Part shown: piece after piece, positions 1-14,040 of the stretch
Layout: each line of letters opens with the position of its first letter
Numbering within the stretch: position 1 is the stretch's first letter
Source: Octopus vulgaris
Taxonomy: Eukaryota
DNA: 64,000 nt
Assembly: GCA_951406725.2 (NCBI GenBank)
Contig: OX597838.1
Location: 33,728,001-33,792,000, forward strand
Reading direction: 5' to 3'
The notes under the pieces: model-generated
What the model was told of the DNA's origin: nothing
What the model saw: the letters and a program-made list of their open reading frames with translations, nothing else
The model's database searches: none
Position numbers and translations under genes: made by a program

Positions 1-1044
1 ACATGACCCGCTGTGCTTGAGGAGACCTCAAGTACATCAACATCAAAATAAATATCAAATGGAAATTGTAGTTGCGATCCCTGTCCCGGTGGCACGTAAA
101 AAGCACCATCCGAACGTGGCCAATGCCAGCACCGCCTTGACTGGCTTCTGTGCCAGTGGCACATGACCTGCTGTGCTTGAGGAGACCTCAAGTACATCAA
201 CATCAAAATAAATATCAAACGGAAATTGTAGTTGCGATACCTGTGCCGGTGGCACATAAAAAGCACCATCCGAATGTGGCTGATGCCAGCGTCGCCTTGA
301 CTGGCTTCTGTGCTGGTGGCACATAAAACGCACCAACCGATCATGGCTGCTGCCAGCTTCCTCTGGCACCCGTGCCGGTGGCACGTAAAAAGCACCCACT
401 ACACTCACGGAGTGGTTGGCTATAGGAAGAGCATCCAGCAGTAGAAACACTGCCAGATCAGACTGAAGTCTGGTGCAGCCTCCTGGCTTCCCAGACCCTG
501 GTCGAACCGTCCAACCCTTACTAGCACGGAAAATGGACGTTAAACGATGATGATGATGAGGTCATAAGAATTTATAAACTTGGACAAAACGTGAAATAAT
601 AGTGATGCAAGCAGTGTCCTTGGTTTTCAAGCTTTCATCAAAACAAACCTGGCCATGCAGAATATTAACCTGCTTAAAAACAGGTGAGTTGACCTTCAAA
701 ATGCCAATCACTACAGAGTGGACTGGATGCCTTTTCACTTAGCACCAGTGCTGGGGAGGTCACCGAGTAACTTGCAAAATGTGAAATAATAGTTTTAGGA
801 ATGGTGAATCTTTAACCAAATAACGCTATAAATAATCCTTTCTACTAATGGCACAAGGCCTGAAATTTTGATGGGGGAATGGTCAATTACAATGACCCCC
901 AGTGTGTAACTGGTACTTAATTTATCAACTCCGAAAGGATGAAAGGCAAAAATTACATGTCAGTCTACTTCATCTTTTGTTAAGACTATAATAGGACTGA
1001 GGTAACTCATCCAGAAGTTATACACAAATAAATAGTGCCATATA

Positions 1045-1209
1045 GGCGCGGGAGTGGCTGTGTGGTAAGTAGCTTGCTAACCAACCACATGGTTCCGAGT
1101 TCAGTCCCACTGCGTGGCATCTTGGGCAAGTGTCTTCTGCTATAGCCTCGGGCCGACTAAAGCCTTGTGAGTGGATTTGGTAGACGGAAACTGAAAGAAG
1201 CCTGTCGTA

Positions 1210-1250
<41 letters not shown>

Positions 1251-1440
1251 GTCTGTGTTTGTCCCCTAGCATTGCTGGTGTGTTTACGTCCCCGTCACTT
1301 AGCGGTTCGGCAAAAAGAGACCGATAGAATAAGTACTGGGCTTACAAAGAATAAGTCCCGGGGTCGATTTGCTCGACTAAAGGCGGTGCTCCAGCATGGC
1401 CGCAGTCAAATGACTGAAACAAGTAAAAGAGTAAAAGAGA
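1045..1440 (+). mobile_element. tRNA-derived SINE family 1 (representative copy)
   Basis: A-box TGGCTGTGTGG, B-box GGTTCAGTCCC-like, internal (TA/TG)n, (GTAAAAGA)n tail. Other copies at about 4108-4465(+), 10010-10390(+), 12935-13237(+), 16778-17170(-), 17695-18106(-), 26063-26457(-), 27448-27860(+), 32275-32675(-), 41043-41393(-), 43916-44300(+), 47078-47484(-), 53223-53620(+), 56915-57329(-), 61757-62070(-), 62253-62660(+). Confidence 0.92.
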
Positions 1441-3270
1441 ATATGATGAGTTACCTCGGTCCTATATAGTCTTAACTAAAAATGAATTTGAACTCAGAAC
1501 GTAAAGACAGACAAAATGCCGCCAAGCATTTTGCCAGGTTGTTGCCTTGCTATAAATAACAGCATGTAAACCATCATCATTACCTAGCATCAGTTTTACA
1601 TGGTACCATGAGTATGATGTTTTGAAGCGAGCTGGCAGAAACGTTAGCATGCCGGGGCGAAATGCTTTGCGGTATTTCGTCTGCTGTTACGTTGTGAGTT
1701 CAAATTCCGCCGAGGTCGACTTTGCCTTTCATCCTTTCGGGGTCGATAAATTAAGCTACCAGCTACGCACTGGGGTCAATGTAATTGACTTAATACCTAT
1801 GTTTGTCCCCTCTATGTTTAGCCCCTTGTGGGTAATAGAGAAATAGGTTTGACTGGAACTTGTAAGCCAAAGAGTTGCACTGTGCTCCAGTCTGTTTTGG
1901 CTTGACTTCTACAGCCGGATACTCATCATCATCATCATCATTAACATATGTTGCTCATGCTGACAAGGGTCGAACAGTTTAACCAGAGCTGACAAAAGCT
2001 GGAGCGATGCACCTGGCTCCAGTCTGATTTGGCCTGGGTTCTATGGCTGGATGCCCTTCCTAATACCAACCACTCTGTGCTGGGTGATTCTACATGGCAC
2101 CGACATGAGTGCTTCTATGTGGCACTGGCATGACTGCTTTTTACAAGTCTTCTTGACCACAGCAAGGTGCTAAGCATCCCCATCTTTTACGTGTCACTGG
2201 CGTGGGTGCCTTTCACATGCCATCAGCTCTGGCCACAACTACAAGATCACTTAGCTTGACGTGTCTCCTCAAGCACAGCAATACTGCCAGAGGTCTTGGT
2301 CGCTTGTCATCACCTTTGTGAGACTCAACATCCGAAGATCATATTTCACCACCTCATCTCACGTCTTCCTGGGTCTACCTCTTCCAAAGGTTCCCTCTGC
2401 AGTTAGAGATTGGCACAAACTTAGCTTAGAAAAATGAACCCTTCGACCCTTTTCTATCCAAAAGGGGTTTTTAACACAATACTTCCACGCTGTTATTTAC
2501 TGCTTTATATGCTTCGAGATACACTGTTCCACCCCAAAAATGCATATTATTGTATACTCCACGTTTCGAAGGTCAAGGCGATACATGATTTAATGAAACA
2601 ATCTTTCCCGCGAAAATCAATTGAGGTAAAATAAACATTCTGTGCCGTATGAATATGTCCCTCGTTTAAGAAACAGATTGGGTTTATTTACATTTGTGAA
2701 GAAAAAAAAGATACCCTTCCCCTAAAACAGATTGAAATGCAATAGATCGATACTAGGGTTATAATTGTGGGTGACAATTTCATATGACACCGCTAGAAAA
2801 AACTGCCGTTCAAACCGAAAAGATCCTGACAACTGATGTTGGTTTGTTTACGACCATGTAAATTATCGGTTCAACAAAAAAGAGACCGATGGAATTAGTA
2901 CCAGGCTTAGAAAAGGGTCGATTTGTTTTACTAAACCCTTCGAGGCGCTACCCTCTGATGACTGAGGGGGTTACCCAATTTGGAAATCAGGGAGGTGAGA
3001 GAAATATGTGGTGGTGGTGGTGGTGAAGGTGTGCCAAGGCGTTCGCTTATTCTTGAAAGAACCCAGAAGCCCCCCACAACCGACTGCGTTCATTGTTATA
3101 TCGAAAGATCTTTTCTCCATGGAGAGACCAAAATTAATCAACTACGTTTAGTGAAGCAAGGGAATTAACTCGTGCCAGGTGCTAGAAACGTTCGTGAGAA
3201 GGTCGTAAAATCTTTGCAACACAAACGTCATCATATTTTTGACAGTTTGTGCGGGTAGAAAGTGTATGTA

Positions 3271-3784
3271 CCGTAAATCCTCGAGTATAATCCGCATTTT
3301 CCCACCAAAATTTAAAGGTCAAACTCCCTAGTGCGTACTATATACGAGACTTGGACATTGCTGTGAAAATTATTTTCTAAGCAATGTCAGAGTGTCTATT
3401 TGCTACCCGGCAATGTTTATTCAAACGCATTTTGTGATGTCAGGTGCGAAAATACCTTAGGCTAAGCCTGAAAGCAATAAAGTCATAAAAAAATCATCCA
3501 TAACTTGCAATAAGCAACATTTATTAAATGTTATTATTGTTATTTCTTTATTTTCTGCAAACAAAATGCACAAAAAGGCTACACATTTGCATTATATATA
3601 CAATAATAATAAAGGATGTTACCATATGCATTTTTACAAACCAAGGACGTTATATAGACCTCCTTGACTCAAGTTAGAGAAGGGGTGCGTATTATACACA
3701 AGGTTTAGGTTTTTCAGAGGTACAGACCCCTAAAAATCCCCTGCGTATTATACTCAAGGGTGGATTATACTCGAGGATTTACAG
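3271..3784. mobile_element. Tc1/mariner-superfamily (pogo/Tigger-like) MITE
   Basis: TA|CCGTAAATCCTCGAGTATAATCC...GGATTATACTCGAGGATTTACAG|TA. Confidence 0.85.
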
Positions 3785-5083
3785 TATGCTTAGGCAAGTG
3801 CATACACACACACACACAAATATGTGTGTGTATGTGTGTGTGATATTTTGGTCTTTCCATGTTGGGGAAACAAGATCTTTCGAAATAACAATGGACGAAA
3901 TAGGGTGTGGGAGCTTCTTGGCCTTTTCAAAATAAGTGTACGTCTCGACACGTTTTCACACGATATCTCTCTCTTTTCGAAATGGGAGGTAGCATTTTTT
4001 TATTGTTTATTTCGGTCATTCAATTGTGGCCATGCTGGGGCACAGCCTTGAGTGTTTTAGTAAAACAGTTATATGTGTTTAGATATATAATTATCATCAC
4101 CATTTAACGGTTCCGGGTTCAGTCCCACTGTGTGGCATCTTGGGCAAGTGTCTTCTGCTATAGCCCCCGGCCGACCAATGCCTTGTGAGTGGATTTGGTA
4201 GACGGAAACTGAAGAAACCTGTCGTATATATGTATATATATATGTGTGTGTGTGTTTGTGTGTCTGTGTTTGTCATCCTAGCATTGCTTGACAATCGATG
4301 CTGGTGTGTTTACGTCCCCGTCACTTAGCGGTTCGGCAAAAGAGACTGATAGAATAAGTACTGGGCTTACAAAAAGAGTAAGTCCCGGGGTCGATCTGCT
4401 CGACTACAGGCAGTGCTCCTGCATGGCCACAGTCAAATGACTGAAACAAGTAAAAGAGTAAAGAGATTTAACGTCCGTTGTCCATGCTGGCATGAGTTGG
4501 ACGATTTGACCAGGGCTGGTGGTAAGCTGAGGGGCTGCACCAGACTCTAGTCTGATTTGACATGGTTTCTACGATGGAATGCCCTTCCTAACGCCAACCA
4601 CCCCGAGAGTGTAATGGGTACTTTTACGTGCCACCAGCACGGGTGCCAGTTTGCGCGACACCCATATCTGTCCACTTGGTTTGATGGGTCTTCTCGAGCA
4701 CATTATATTGCCAAAGGTTTTGTTCATTTGTCATTGCCTCCGTGAGGCCCAGCACTCAATAGGCGTTTTTGACGTGCCACTGGCACAGGTGCTAGTCATG
4801 CGACACCAGCATCGGCCACATTGCCTCCGTCAGACACAACGCTTGAAAGGTACTTTTTATGTGCCACCGGCACATATGACAGTTACGTGACACCAACAAC
4901 GGCCACGAATATGATTTCATTTCGCTTGACGGGTCATCTCAAGCACGGCATATCGCCTATCATCATCATCAACATTTAGCGTCCGTTTTCCATGCTAGCA
5001 TGGGTTGGACGGTTTAACTGGGGTCTGTGAAGCCGGAAGGCTTCATCAGGCCCAGTCAGATTTGGCAGTGTTTCTATGGCTGG

Positions 5084-5114
<31 letters not shown>

Positions 5115-5365
5115 TACATATATATATATACACACACACATATATATATATATACACATACATATATATATATACATACATATATATATACATACATACA
5201 TATGCATACATACATACATATATACATACATATATATATACATACATACATATATATATACATACATACATATATATACATACATACATATATACATACA
5301 TACATATATATACATACATACATATATACATACATACATATATATACATACATATACATACACAC

Positions 5366-5398
<33 letters not shown>

Positions 5399-5827
5399 CA
5401 TATACATACATACATATACATACATATATATATATATACATACATATATACATACATATATATGCATACATATATATACATACATATACATATATATACA
5501 TACATATATATATATATACATATATATATACATATATATACATACATATATATATATATACATATATATATACATATATATATACATACATATATATATA
5601 CATATATATATACATACATATACATACATACATATATATACATATACATACATACATATACATACATATACATACATATATACATATATATATACATACA
5701 TATACATACATACATATATATACATATACATATATATACATATACATACATATATATACATATATATACATACATACATATATATACATACATACATATA
5801 TATACATATACATACATATATATACAT

Positions 5828-5858
<31 letters not shown>

Positions 5859-5859
5859 C

Positions 5860-5890
<31 letters not shown>

Positions 5891-6397
5891 CATATATATA
5901 CATACATACATATACATACATACATATATATACATACATATACATATATATACATACATATACATATATATACATACATATACATATATATACATACATA
6001 CATATATATACATACATATACATACATACATATACATATATATACATACATATATATACATATACATACATACATATACATATACATACATACATATATA
6101 TACATATACATACATATACATACATACATATATATACATATACATACATACATATATATACATATACATACATATACATATATATACATATACATACATA
6201 TACATATACATACATATACATATACATACATATACATATACATACATATACATATACATACATATACATATACATACATATACATATACATACATATATA
6301 TATATATATATATACATACATATATATACATATACATACATATACACACACACATATACATATATATACATATATATACATATACATACATATACAT

Positions 6398-6492
<95 letters not shown>

Positions 6493-6573
6493 TACATATA
6501 TATATATATACATATATATACATATATATATATATACATATATATACATATATATATATATACATATATATAC

Positions 6574-6650
<77 letters not shown>

Positions 6651-6675
6651 CGTACATATATACATACATATATAT
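5084..6675. repeat. About 1.6-kb (TA)n/(TACA)n/(TATACA)n compound microsatellite
   Basis: Direct inspection. Explains the six overlapping 470-585 aa ORFs. Confidence 0.98.
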
Positions 6676-8370
6676 CTCAACCTGGTGTGTCATCGGTTCC
6701 GACGACGAGGGTTCCAGTCGATCCATTCAACAGAACAGCCTGTTCATGAAATTAACGTGTAACTGGCTGAGTACTCCACAGACACACGCTCCCTCAATGT
6801 AATTCTCAGGAAGATTCAGTGCAACACTGAATGTAACAACGCCGGTCCTTTAAATCACAGGTTCATTTTTGGCAGCTGCGTGGACTGGAGCAAAGTGAAA
6901 TAAAGTGTCTTGCTCAAGGGCACAACATGCCATCGGGAATTGAACTCAAGACCTTAGGATCGTAAACTGATCACTCTAACCACTAAGCCACGCACATTAG
7001 CACGTTTCTATATAAGTATATATCTAAAAGCAAGGCGGTGAGCTGGCAGAATCGTTATCACGCTGGGTGAAATGCTTAGCGGTATTTCGTCTGCTGCTAC
7101 ATTCTGAGTTCAAATTCCGCCGAGGTCGACTTTGCCTTTCATCCTTTCGGGGTCGATTAAATAAGTACCAGTTATGCACTGGGGTCGATATAATCGACTT
7201 AATCCGTTTGTCTGTCCTTGTTTGTCCTCTCTGTGTTTAGCCCCTTGCGGGTAGTAAAAAGATAGGTATTTCGTCTGTCTTTACGTTCTGAGTTCAAATT
7301 CCGCCGAGATCGTCTTTGCCTTTCATTCTTTCGGGGTCAATCTAATCAATTGGCCCCCTCCCCCAAAATTTCGGGCCTTGTGCCTAGAGGAGAAAAGACT
7401 GTATATCTAAAGGCAAGGCGGCGAGCTAGCAGAAACGTTAGCACACCGAGCAAAATGCTTACCGGTATTTCGTCTGTCTTGATGTTCTGAGTTCTAATTT
7501 CGTCGAGGTCGACTTTGCCTTTCATCCTTTCGGGGTCGATAAATTAAGTACCAGTTACGCACTGGAGTCGATCTAACCAACTGGCCTGGCCCCCGCCCCC
7601 AAAATTTCGAGCCTTGTGCCTAGAGTAGAAAATGTATATCTGAAGACAACAGGTGTAGCCATATGGTAAAAAATTTGCTTCTTGACTACATGGTCTCAGG
7701 TTCAGTTCCACTGTGTGGCACCTTGGGCTGGCCAAAACCTTGTGAGTGGATTTGGTAGACGGAAATTGAAAGAAGATCGTCGTATATATACATGTATATG
7801 TATGTGTGTTACTGTCTACTCCTGGCCTTGACTGCATGTGAGAGTTGTAAACGAATTTCCCCGTGATGCTAGCAGTGTCCTTGGTTTTAAATCGTTTGTG
7901 AAAACATGTCTGTCTTTACGTTCTGAGTTCAAATTCAAGCCAAGGTCGACTTTGCCTTTCATCCTTTCAGGGTCGGTGAATTAAGTATCACTTGTGTACT
8001 GGGGTCGATCTAATCGACTGCCCTCCTCCCCCAAAACGGATTTGGTAGACGGAAATTGAAAGAAGATCGTCCTATATATATACATGTATATGTATGCGTG
8101 TTACTGCCTACTCCTGACTATGACTGTATGTGATAGTTGTAAACGAATTCCACCGTGATGCTAGCAGTGCCATCATCATCATCGTTTAACGTCCATTTTC
8201 CGCGCTAGCACGGGTTGGACGGTTCGACCGGGGTCTGGGAAACCAGGGGCTGCACCAGGCTCCAGTCTGATCTGGCAGTGTTTCTACAGCTGGATGCCCT
8301 TCCTAACGCCAACGACTCCGCGAGTGTAGTGGGTGCTTTTTACGTGCCACCTGCACAGAAAAAGAAAGTG

Positions 8371-8429
8371 TTCCCATGCCGGGAATCGAACCCGGGCCGC
8401 CTGGGTGAAAGCCAGGAATCCTAACCACT
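8371..8429 (-). pseudogene. 5'-truncated tRNA-Glu(TTC) with genomic 3' trailer
   Basis: AGTGGTTAGGATT-CCTGG CT TTC AC CCAGG-CGGCCCGGGTTCGATTCCCGG-CATGGGAA. The 5' acceptor-stem strand is missing and there is no CCA. Followed by CACTTTCTTTTT, a Pol III terminator. Confidence 0.9.
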
Positions 8430-8784
8430 CAGTTTTAAATCTTTCGTGGAAACATGTCTGGCCATGGAGAATATTAACCTGCTTGGAAACAGGTGAGTCA
8501 CCTTTCCAAACATCAACCGCTTTACCGAGTGGACTGGGCGCTTTTTGCTTAGCACCAACACTGGCGAGGTCTCCAAGTATCCTTCAAAAATTTCGGTTTA
8601 TTATTTCTGACCATCATAAGTGTGTGGCCATGATGGAGCACCACCACGAATTGAGTTAATTTCATCGACCCCTAGCATTTTGGTTCTTTTAGTGACATCC
8701 TAAGGGGGACAACTATGTCGGTCAGAAACTATATTTCTGTTCAATGCACTGGTTTTTAACTTTTCTCTAAGATTAACACACATA

Positions 8785-9540
8785 CAGGGATTGGACAAAA
8801 TAATGGAAACACCTAGCATCAGAATTCTGAAATATTTATAAAACCGTCAAAATCTTGTTTATTGATTTTTGTTTTTTGATTTATTATTAGTGTTGCTAAA
8901 CATGTTTAGCTAAAATTGCTGTTTCTTTTCAGATATCAGCAGAAAAAGGTAATTAAAATTCATTAAAATGACAGATCTATTGGACTTTCAAACATGTCAA
9001 GTTGTTGGTGCTCGTATGGCAGGCGCTAGCGTAACGAAAACACCCGAAATGTTTGGTGTATCAAGAAGCACTGTCTCGAAAGTAATGACAGCCTTTGAGA
9101 AAGAGGGAAAAACCTATTCGTCAAAACAAAACTCCGGAAGAAAACCAAATCTTTCAGATAGGGACTGTCGGACTCTTATGCAAATTGGTAGAAAGGATCA
9201 CAAAAGTACAGCTCCCAAAATCACTGCAGAGCTTAATAAAACCTACAGAATTTGTCCCTATAGCAGTGGAAGAATGTTATTTTCTTGGACGAGTCATCCT
9301 TTACCTTATTTCTGACCACTGGTCGAGTATGTGTGCATTTGACCCAGACTGCCTTCTTCCAACTGTTAAACATGGAGGAGAATCTGTGAGGATTGGGGCC
9401 CAATGGTTTCCCTTTATGGCAGAATTAATAGTCAAATTCAAATAATACATTCACAAATTTTATTTGACAAATTCCAACGAAGAAATAAAAAGATTCTTTC
9501 CCAAAATTCTGACTGTCTTTTCTCAATATTTAATACTCTA
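8785..9540 (+). mobile_element. Decayed Tc1-like transposon with a truncated transposase (HTH region about 8968-9240)
   Basis: TA|CAGGGATTGGACAAAATAATGGAAACACC left TIR. Peptide QVVGARMAGASVTKT...VSRSTVSKVMTAF...NSGRK and a PTVKHGG remnant. Internal deletions and frameshifts. Confidence 0.85.
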
Positions 9541-9552
9541 TACATACATACA

Positions 9553-9592
<40 letters not shown>

Positions 9593-11094
9593 AGGGACTG
9601 CCACTCTAGAATTGGACTGTTCAGTCACAGCAGACGCTGCTCATCATCAAAGTAGGCCCCACCCTTGGCGCTACCCATTGTCTATCAGGACAGATGGGGA
9701 ATGTGAGAGATGAGAGAGATATATGGGTGCAGGAGTGGCTGTGTGGTAAGTAGCTTGCTTACCAACAACATGGTTCCGGGTTCAGTCCCACTGCATGGCA
9801 CCTTGGACAGAAGCCTGTCACATATATCATCATCATCATCGTTTAATGTCCGCTTTCCATGATAATGTGTTGTGTGTGTTTACGTTCCCGTAACTTAGAA
9901 AGAATAAGTCCTGGGGTCAATTTGCTAGATTAAAGGCGGTGCTCCAGCATGGCCACAGTCAAATGACTGAAACAAGTAAAGAAAAAGAGTATATATAGAC
10001 AGATAGAGAGGCGCTGGCATGGCTGTGTGGTAAGAAGCTTGTTCACCAACCACATGGTTCCAGGTTCAGTCCTACTGCATGGCATATCAGGCAAGTGCCT
10101 TGGGCTGACCAAAGCCTTGTGAGTGAGTTTAGTAGATGGAAACTGAAAGAAGCTCGTCGTATATATGAATATGTATATATGTGTGTGTGTGTTTGTCCTT
10201 CCCTCTGTCGCTTGACAACTGGTGTTGGTGTGTTTACGTCCCCCGTAACTTAGTGGTTCTACAAAAGAGACCAACAGAATAAGTACCAGGCTTACAAAGG
10301 ATCGGCCCTGGAGTTGATTTGTTGGACTAAAACCACCTCAAGGCGGTGCTCCAGCATGGCTGCAGTCAAATGACTGAAACCAGAAAAAGAATAATGTCGG
10401 CCTTCCATGCTGGCATGGGTGGGACAGTTTGACAAGAGCCAACCAGGCCGAAGCCTGCACCAGTCCTCTGTAACTGTTTTGGCAAGGCTTTTACAGCTGG
10501 ATGCCCTTCCTAAACACCAATTACTCAGCAGAGTGGACTTAGTGCTTTTTACGTGGCACAGTTTTGGCAAGCCTTTACAGCTGGATGCCTTTCCTGACAC
10601 CAACCACTCAGAAGAGTGGACTTAGCGCTTTTTACATGGCTCCTGCATTAACAGCGTCACCAAGTACTTGCAAAGAAAAAAAAAAGCTTCAGCAAGTAGA
10701 ATAGCTCTTGATCAAGTAAGAGAGTAAAGATAATGTTATAATAAAGACCACAAGTTTTGTTGAAGACAGCTACCTAGGGTTTCCTGGTCAAAACATTATA
10801 ACACATCATCATCATCGTTTAACGTCCGCTTTCCATGCTAGCATGGGTTGGACGGTTCAACTGGGGTCTGGGAAGCCAGAAGGCTGCACCAGGCCCAGTC
10901 AGATCTGGCAGTGTTTCTACAGCTGGATGCCCTTCCTAACGCCAACCACTCCGTGAGTGTAGTGGGTGCTTTTTACGTGTCACTGACACAGGTGCCAGAC
11001 GAGGCTGGCGAACGGCCATGCTCGGATGGTGCTTTTTACGTGGAGGCCAGGTGAGATAATATCAAGTGAGATGGCAGAATCGTTAGCATGCCGG

Positions 11095-11554
11095 ACAATA
11101 TGCCAATACACACAGATAGAGAAATTAAGGCCAACAGACCAGATATAGTTGTCAGAGATTATGAAGAAAAAAAATGCTTTCTAATTGATGTATCAATACT
11201 GGCAGATGACGTGTCTCTAAAAGAAATGGAGAAACTTTCAAAATACAAAGACCTGGAAATAGAGGTAACTCGAATATGGAATCTAAAAACAGAAACAATC
11301 TCTATCATAGTAGGTGCATTAGGTATGATAAAAATATATTCTGACAAATACATAACAAAAACACCAGGACTTACAAACACATATAACATACAGAAAATTG
11401 CACTACTGGGCACTGCACACATCCTATGCAAAACACTTTCAATACAGTAACCATCAGAGCATCACAACACATACCCAAGGCACACAGAGCTGTGCTCGGT
11501 AGTGAAGTGAAAGCACGCTATAAAAATAAAACTACTGAATAATAATAATAATAA
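11095..11554 (+). mobile_element. 3' fragment of an RLE-type (R4/Dong-like) non-LTR retrotransposon
   Basis: ANRPDIVVRD...CFLIDVSI...KEMEKLSKYKDL...IVGALG is a PD-(D/E)xK endonuclease. Followed by a 3' UTR and (TAA)n tail. Confidence 0.85.
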
Positions 11555-11602
11555 ATATCGAAAACTATCGGAATGAGAACCCAGGTTCGAAATTTCCCCA
11601 AG

Positions 11603-11646
11603 ACACCTGATGAAGGCTGGAGGGTATATTAGCCGAAACGTTGTCT
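11603..11646 (+). ncRNA. Minimal type I hammerhead motif in a Penelope-like pLTR fragment (about 11555-11690)
   Basis: acac-CTGATGA-a-ggct...agcc-GAAACGTT-gtct. Self-complementary AACGTT stem III. One mismatch in stem I. Confidence 0.65.
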
Positions 11647-11978
11647 TAACAACAAACAAGATGAGGACAAATATCCATCAAATGTAAATAATGATGTGAT
11701 TGTTTATTTTTAGAATTACATTATAGGATAGGTGTGAGAGGCCGGATCTACAGTAGAAAACACTTGCCCAAGGTGCCATGCAGTAGAACTGAACCGAGAA
11801 CCATGTGGTTGGGAAGCAAGCTTCTTACCACATAGCCACACCTGTGCCTATGTAGACCTCCAATTTAATATTTAGCTTGCATGACCCCCCACCAAAATTT
11901 ATACAGATCTCTAGGGGTCACAGGCACCCTCGTTGAGAACCACAAGATTAAGATTAAGAGATTGTAAGAAATCACTTA

Positions 11979-12107
<129 letters not shown>

Positions 12108-13743
12108 TCAAATATCATCATCGTTTAACAAAAGTTTTCCATACTAGCATGGGTTGGATGGTTCAACCGGGGTCTGGGAAGCCAGGAGGCTGCACCAGGC
12201 TCCAATCTGTTCTGGCAGTGTTTCTACAGCTGGATGCCCTTCCTAATGCCAACCACTCCGTGAGTGTAAATCCTTAAATCCTTAAAAATGTTTTAGCCCG
12301 AAGGCCGCGGCCATGCTGGGGCACCACCGCTGTAGTGGGTGCTTTTTACGTGCCAGGCGAGGCTGGCAACGGCTACAATCAGTTGGTGCTTTTTACGTGC
12401 CACCAGCACGGAAGCCAGTCAAGGTAGCGCTGGCATCAGTCACGTTCGGATGGTGCTTTTTACGTGCCACCGGCACAGGGATCACAACTACAATTTCCAC
12501 TGATTTTTGATGTTGATGTACTTGACTCAATAGGTCTCCTCAAGCACAGGGTCGAAACGGTGTTTCTTTACTTGCCACCTGCACAGGAATCAGTCCAGCG
12601 GCACTGGCAACTGCCAGGTACCAGTCGTAGGATTGGTTCGATTTCTTATTTCCCCAAAATATTTCCTTCCTTATGATTTCACTGTTAATGCTTTCTCACT
12701 CTCCCCAACCTACCACCACTAACGAACATTTTGTCTCTCTCTGATGAAGGATTCTGCTTGATATTATAAACTTCCTCATGACAAAATAAATTATTCTAAT
12801 TTGTGAAGATTTTTGCAATAACTTACAAGGTTGAATTAAACCAATTATACACCCACGCATCTTCGGAATTAATACGTAAAAAAAAAATCAAGGAACAACA
12901 AATTCTTCAAAAAATTATTTTCATATGGCCATATAGGCGCAGGAGTGGCTGTGTGGTAAGTGGCTTGCTTACCAACCACATGGTTCCGGGTTCAGTCCCA
13001 CTGCGTGGCATCTTGGGCAAGTGTCTTCTGCTAGAGCCCCAGGCCGACCAATGCCTTGTGAGTGGATTTGGTAGACGGAAACTGAAAGAAGCCTGTCGTA
13101 TATATGTATGTATATATATATGTATGTGTGTGAATATGTTTGTGTGTCTGTGTTTGTCCCCCCCCCACCATCGCTTGACAACCGATGCTGGTGTGTTTAC
13201 GTCCTCGTCACTTAGCGGTTCGGCAATAAGAGACCGAGATCGCCGTTTTATAAACATATTCTACCAGTAAACGAAGTTTAAAATGTTTTAGTTACCTAGA
13301 AATTATGTTAAAAACTGCCGTTCAAACCGAAAAGATTCCCAGTCTATTTTGATAGTCAGGACTAAACTTTTAAAGGCAATGTGTCCTCATTTGTTTATTT
13401 TAAAGCGGTGGAAGGAAGACTGGCTGCTGTTTCTAGCAAGCTAAGCAACACTGGTAAGAGATTCCACGCTGGACTCGCCAAGAAACTCGTTGGTTGTAAA
13501 TAAAAACGTGTTTATAGAAAACATTTCCATGTGTTTGATGCGGAGACGAAAGATAAAGGACATTCTGTGACATTAAACGGAGATGAAGGATAAAATAAAG
13601 GAAACTACAAACCGAAGATGGATGGAAATACTTCTGGAACCGAATAATTTCTTCAAGAACTGAAGATAATTAACAAAAACCTTCGTTAATTTTTCTCTAA
13701 TTAGTATAACGTAGTTAAAGCAACGAGAAACAGCGCTTTGTAA

Positions 13744-13760
13744 ACTTCCGGTCATGCGCA
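13744..13760. promoter_or_regulatory. Candidate housekeeping/bidirectional promoter (ETS-type ACTTCCGG plus NRF1-like CATGCGCA) for POLR2L
   Basis: Adjacent motifs in unique sequence about 1.65 kb upstream of the acceptor-bounded POLR2L exon. A weak minus-strand donor (GAAG|GTTTTT) at 13681/13680 could end a non-coding first exon. Confidence 0.5.
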
Positions 13761-14040
13761 CTAGACTTTCATCAGCTAACTTGGTTTGTAGTAGAACCTG
13801 TTGGGGATGGTCATAGATGGATTGGATTTAGATGGAATTTTGAAATAGCAGCCTTTCGAAGTCCCATACGTCTCGATAAAAAGAAAATGGGGTACTTTTT
13901 TTGTAATCTCACTCCACCCCATTAAAAAATTGCCATTAAAAAAGGGGATTATCTCCCCACTAAAAACTTGGGTTATCCCCCCTTCCCCGTCAACTGTTTC
14001 GTCTTATTTTTTAAACCTGATTGATTTTTCCTGTACAGTA

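Noticed and set aside
1018-1469. Recurring ORFs such as RQASFSFRLPNPLTR... and LDALPNANHS... seen many times in the track
   Set aside because: These are translations of non-coding SINE copies, not a gene family.
2951-2992. ccct-CTGATGA...GAAA-TC-aggg hammerhead-like string
   Set aside because: No stem III at all and a poorly paired stem II. It may be a decayed motif but cannot be supported.
4976-6762. Six overlapping ORFs of 470-585 aa ([12 protein letters not shown] repeats)
   Set aside because: A pure TA/CA microsatellite that lacks stop codons in all frames.
8371-8429. Functional tRNA-Glu gene
   Set aside because: The first 13 or so nucleotides (acceptor stem 5' strand and part of the A-box) are absent.
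13930-14040. N-terminal extension of the 327-aa ORF call
   Set aside because: It starts at TTG inside the TIR/subterminal repeats. Homology-like sequence begins at ATG 14041.
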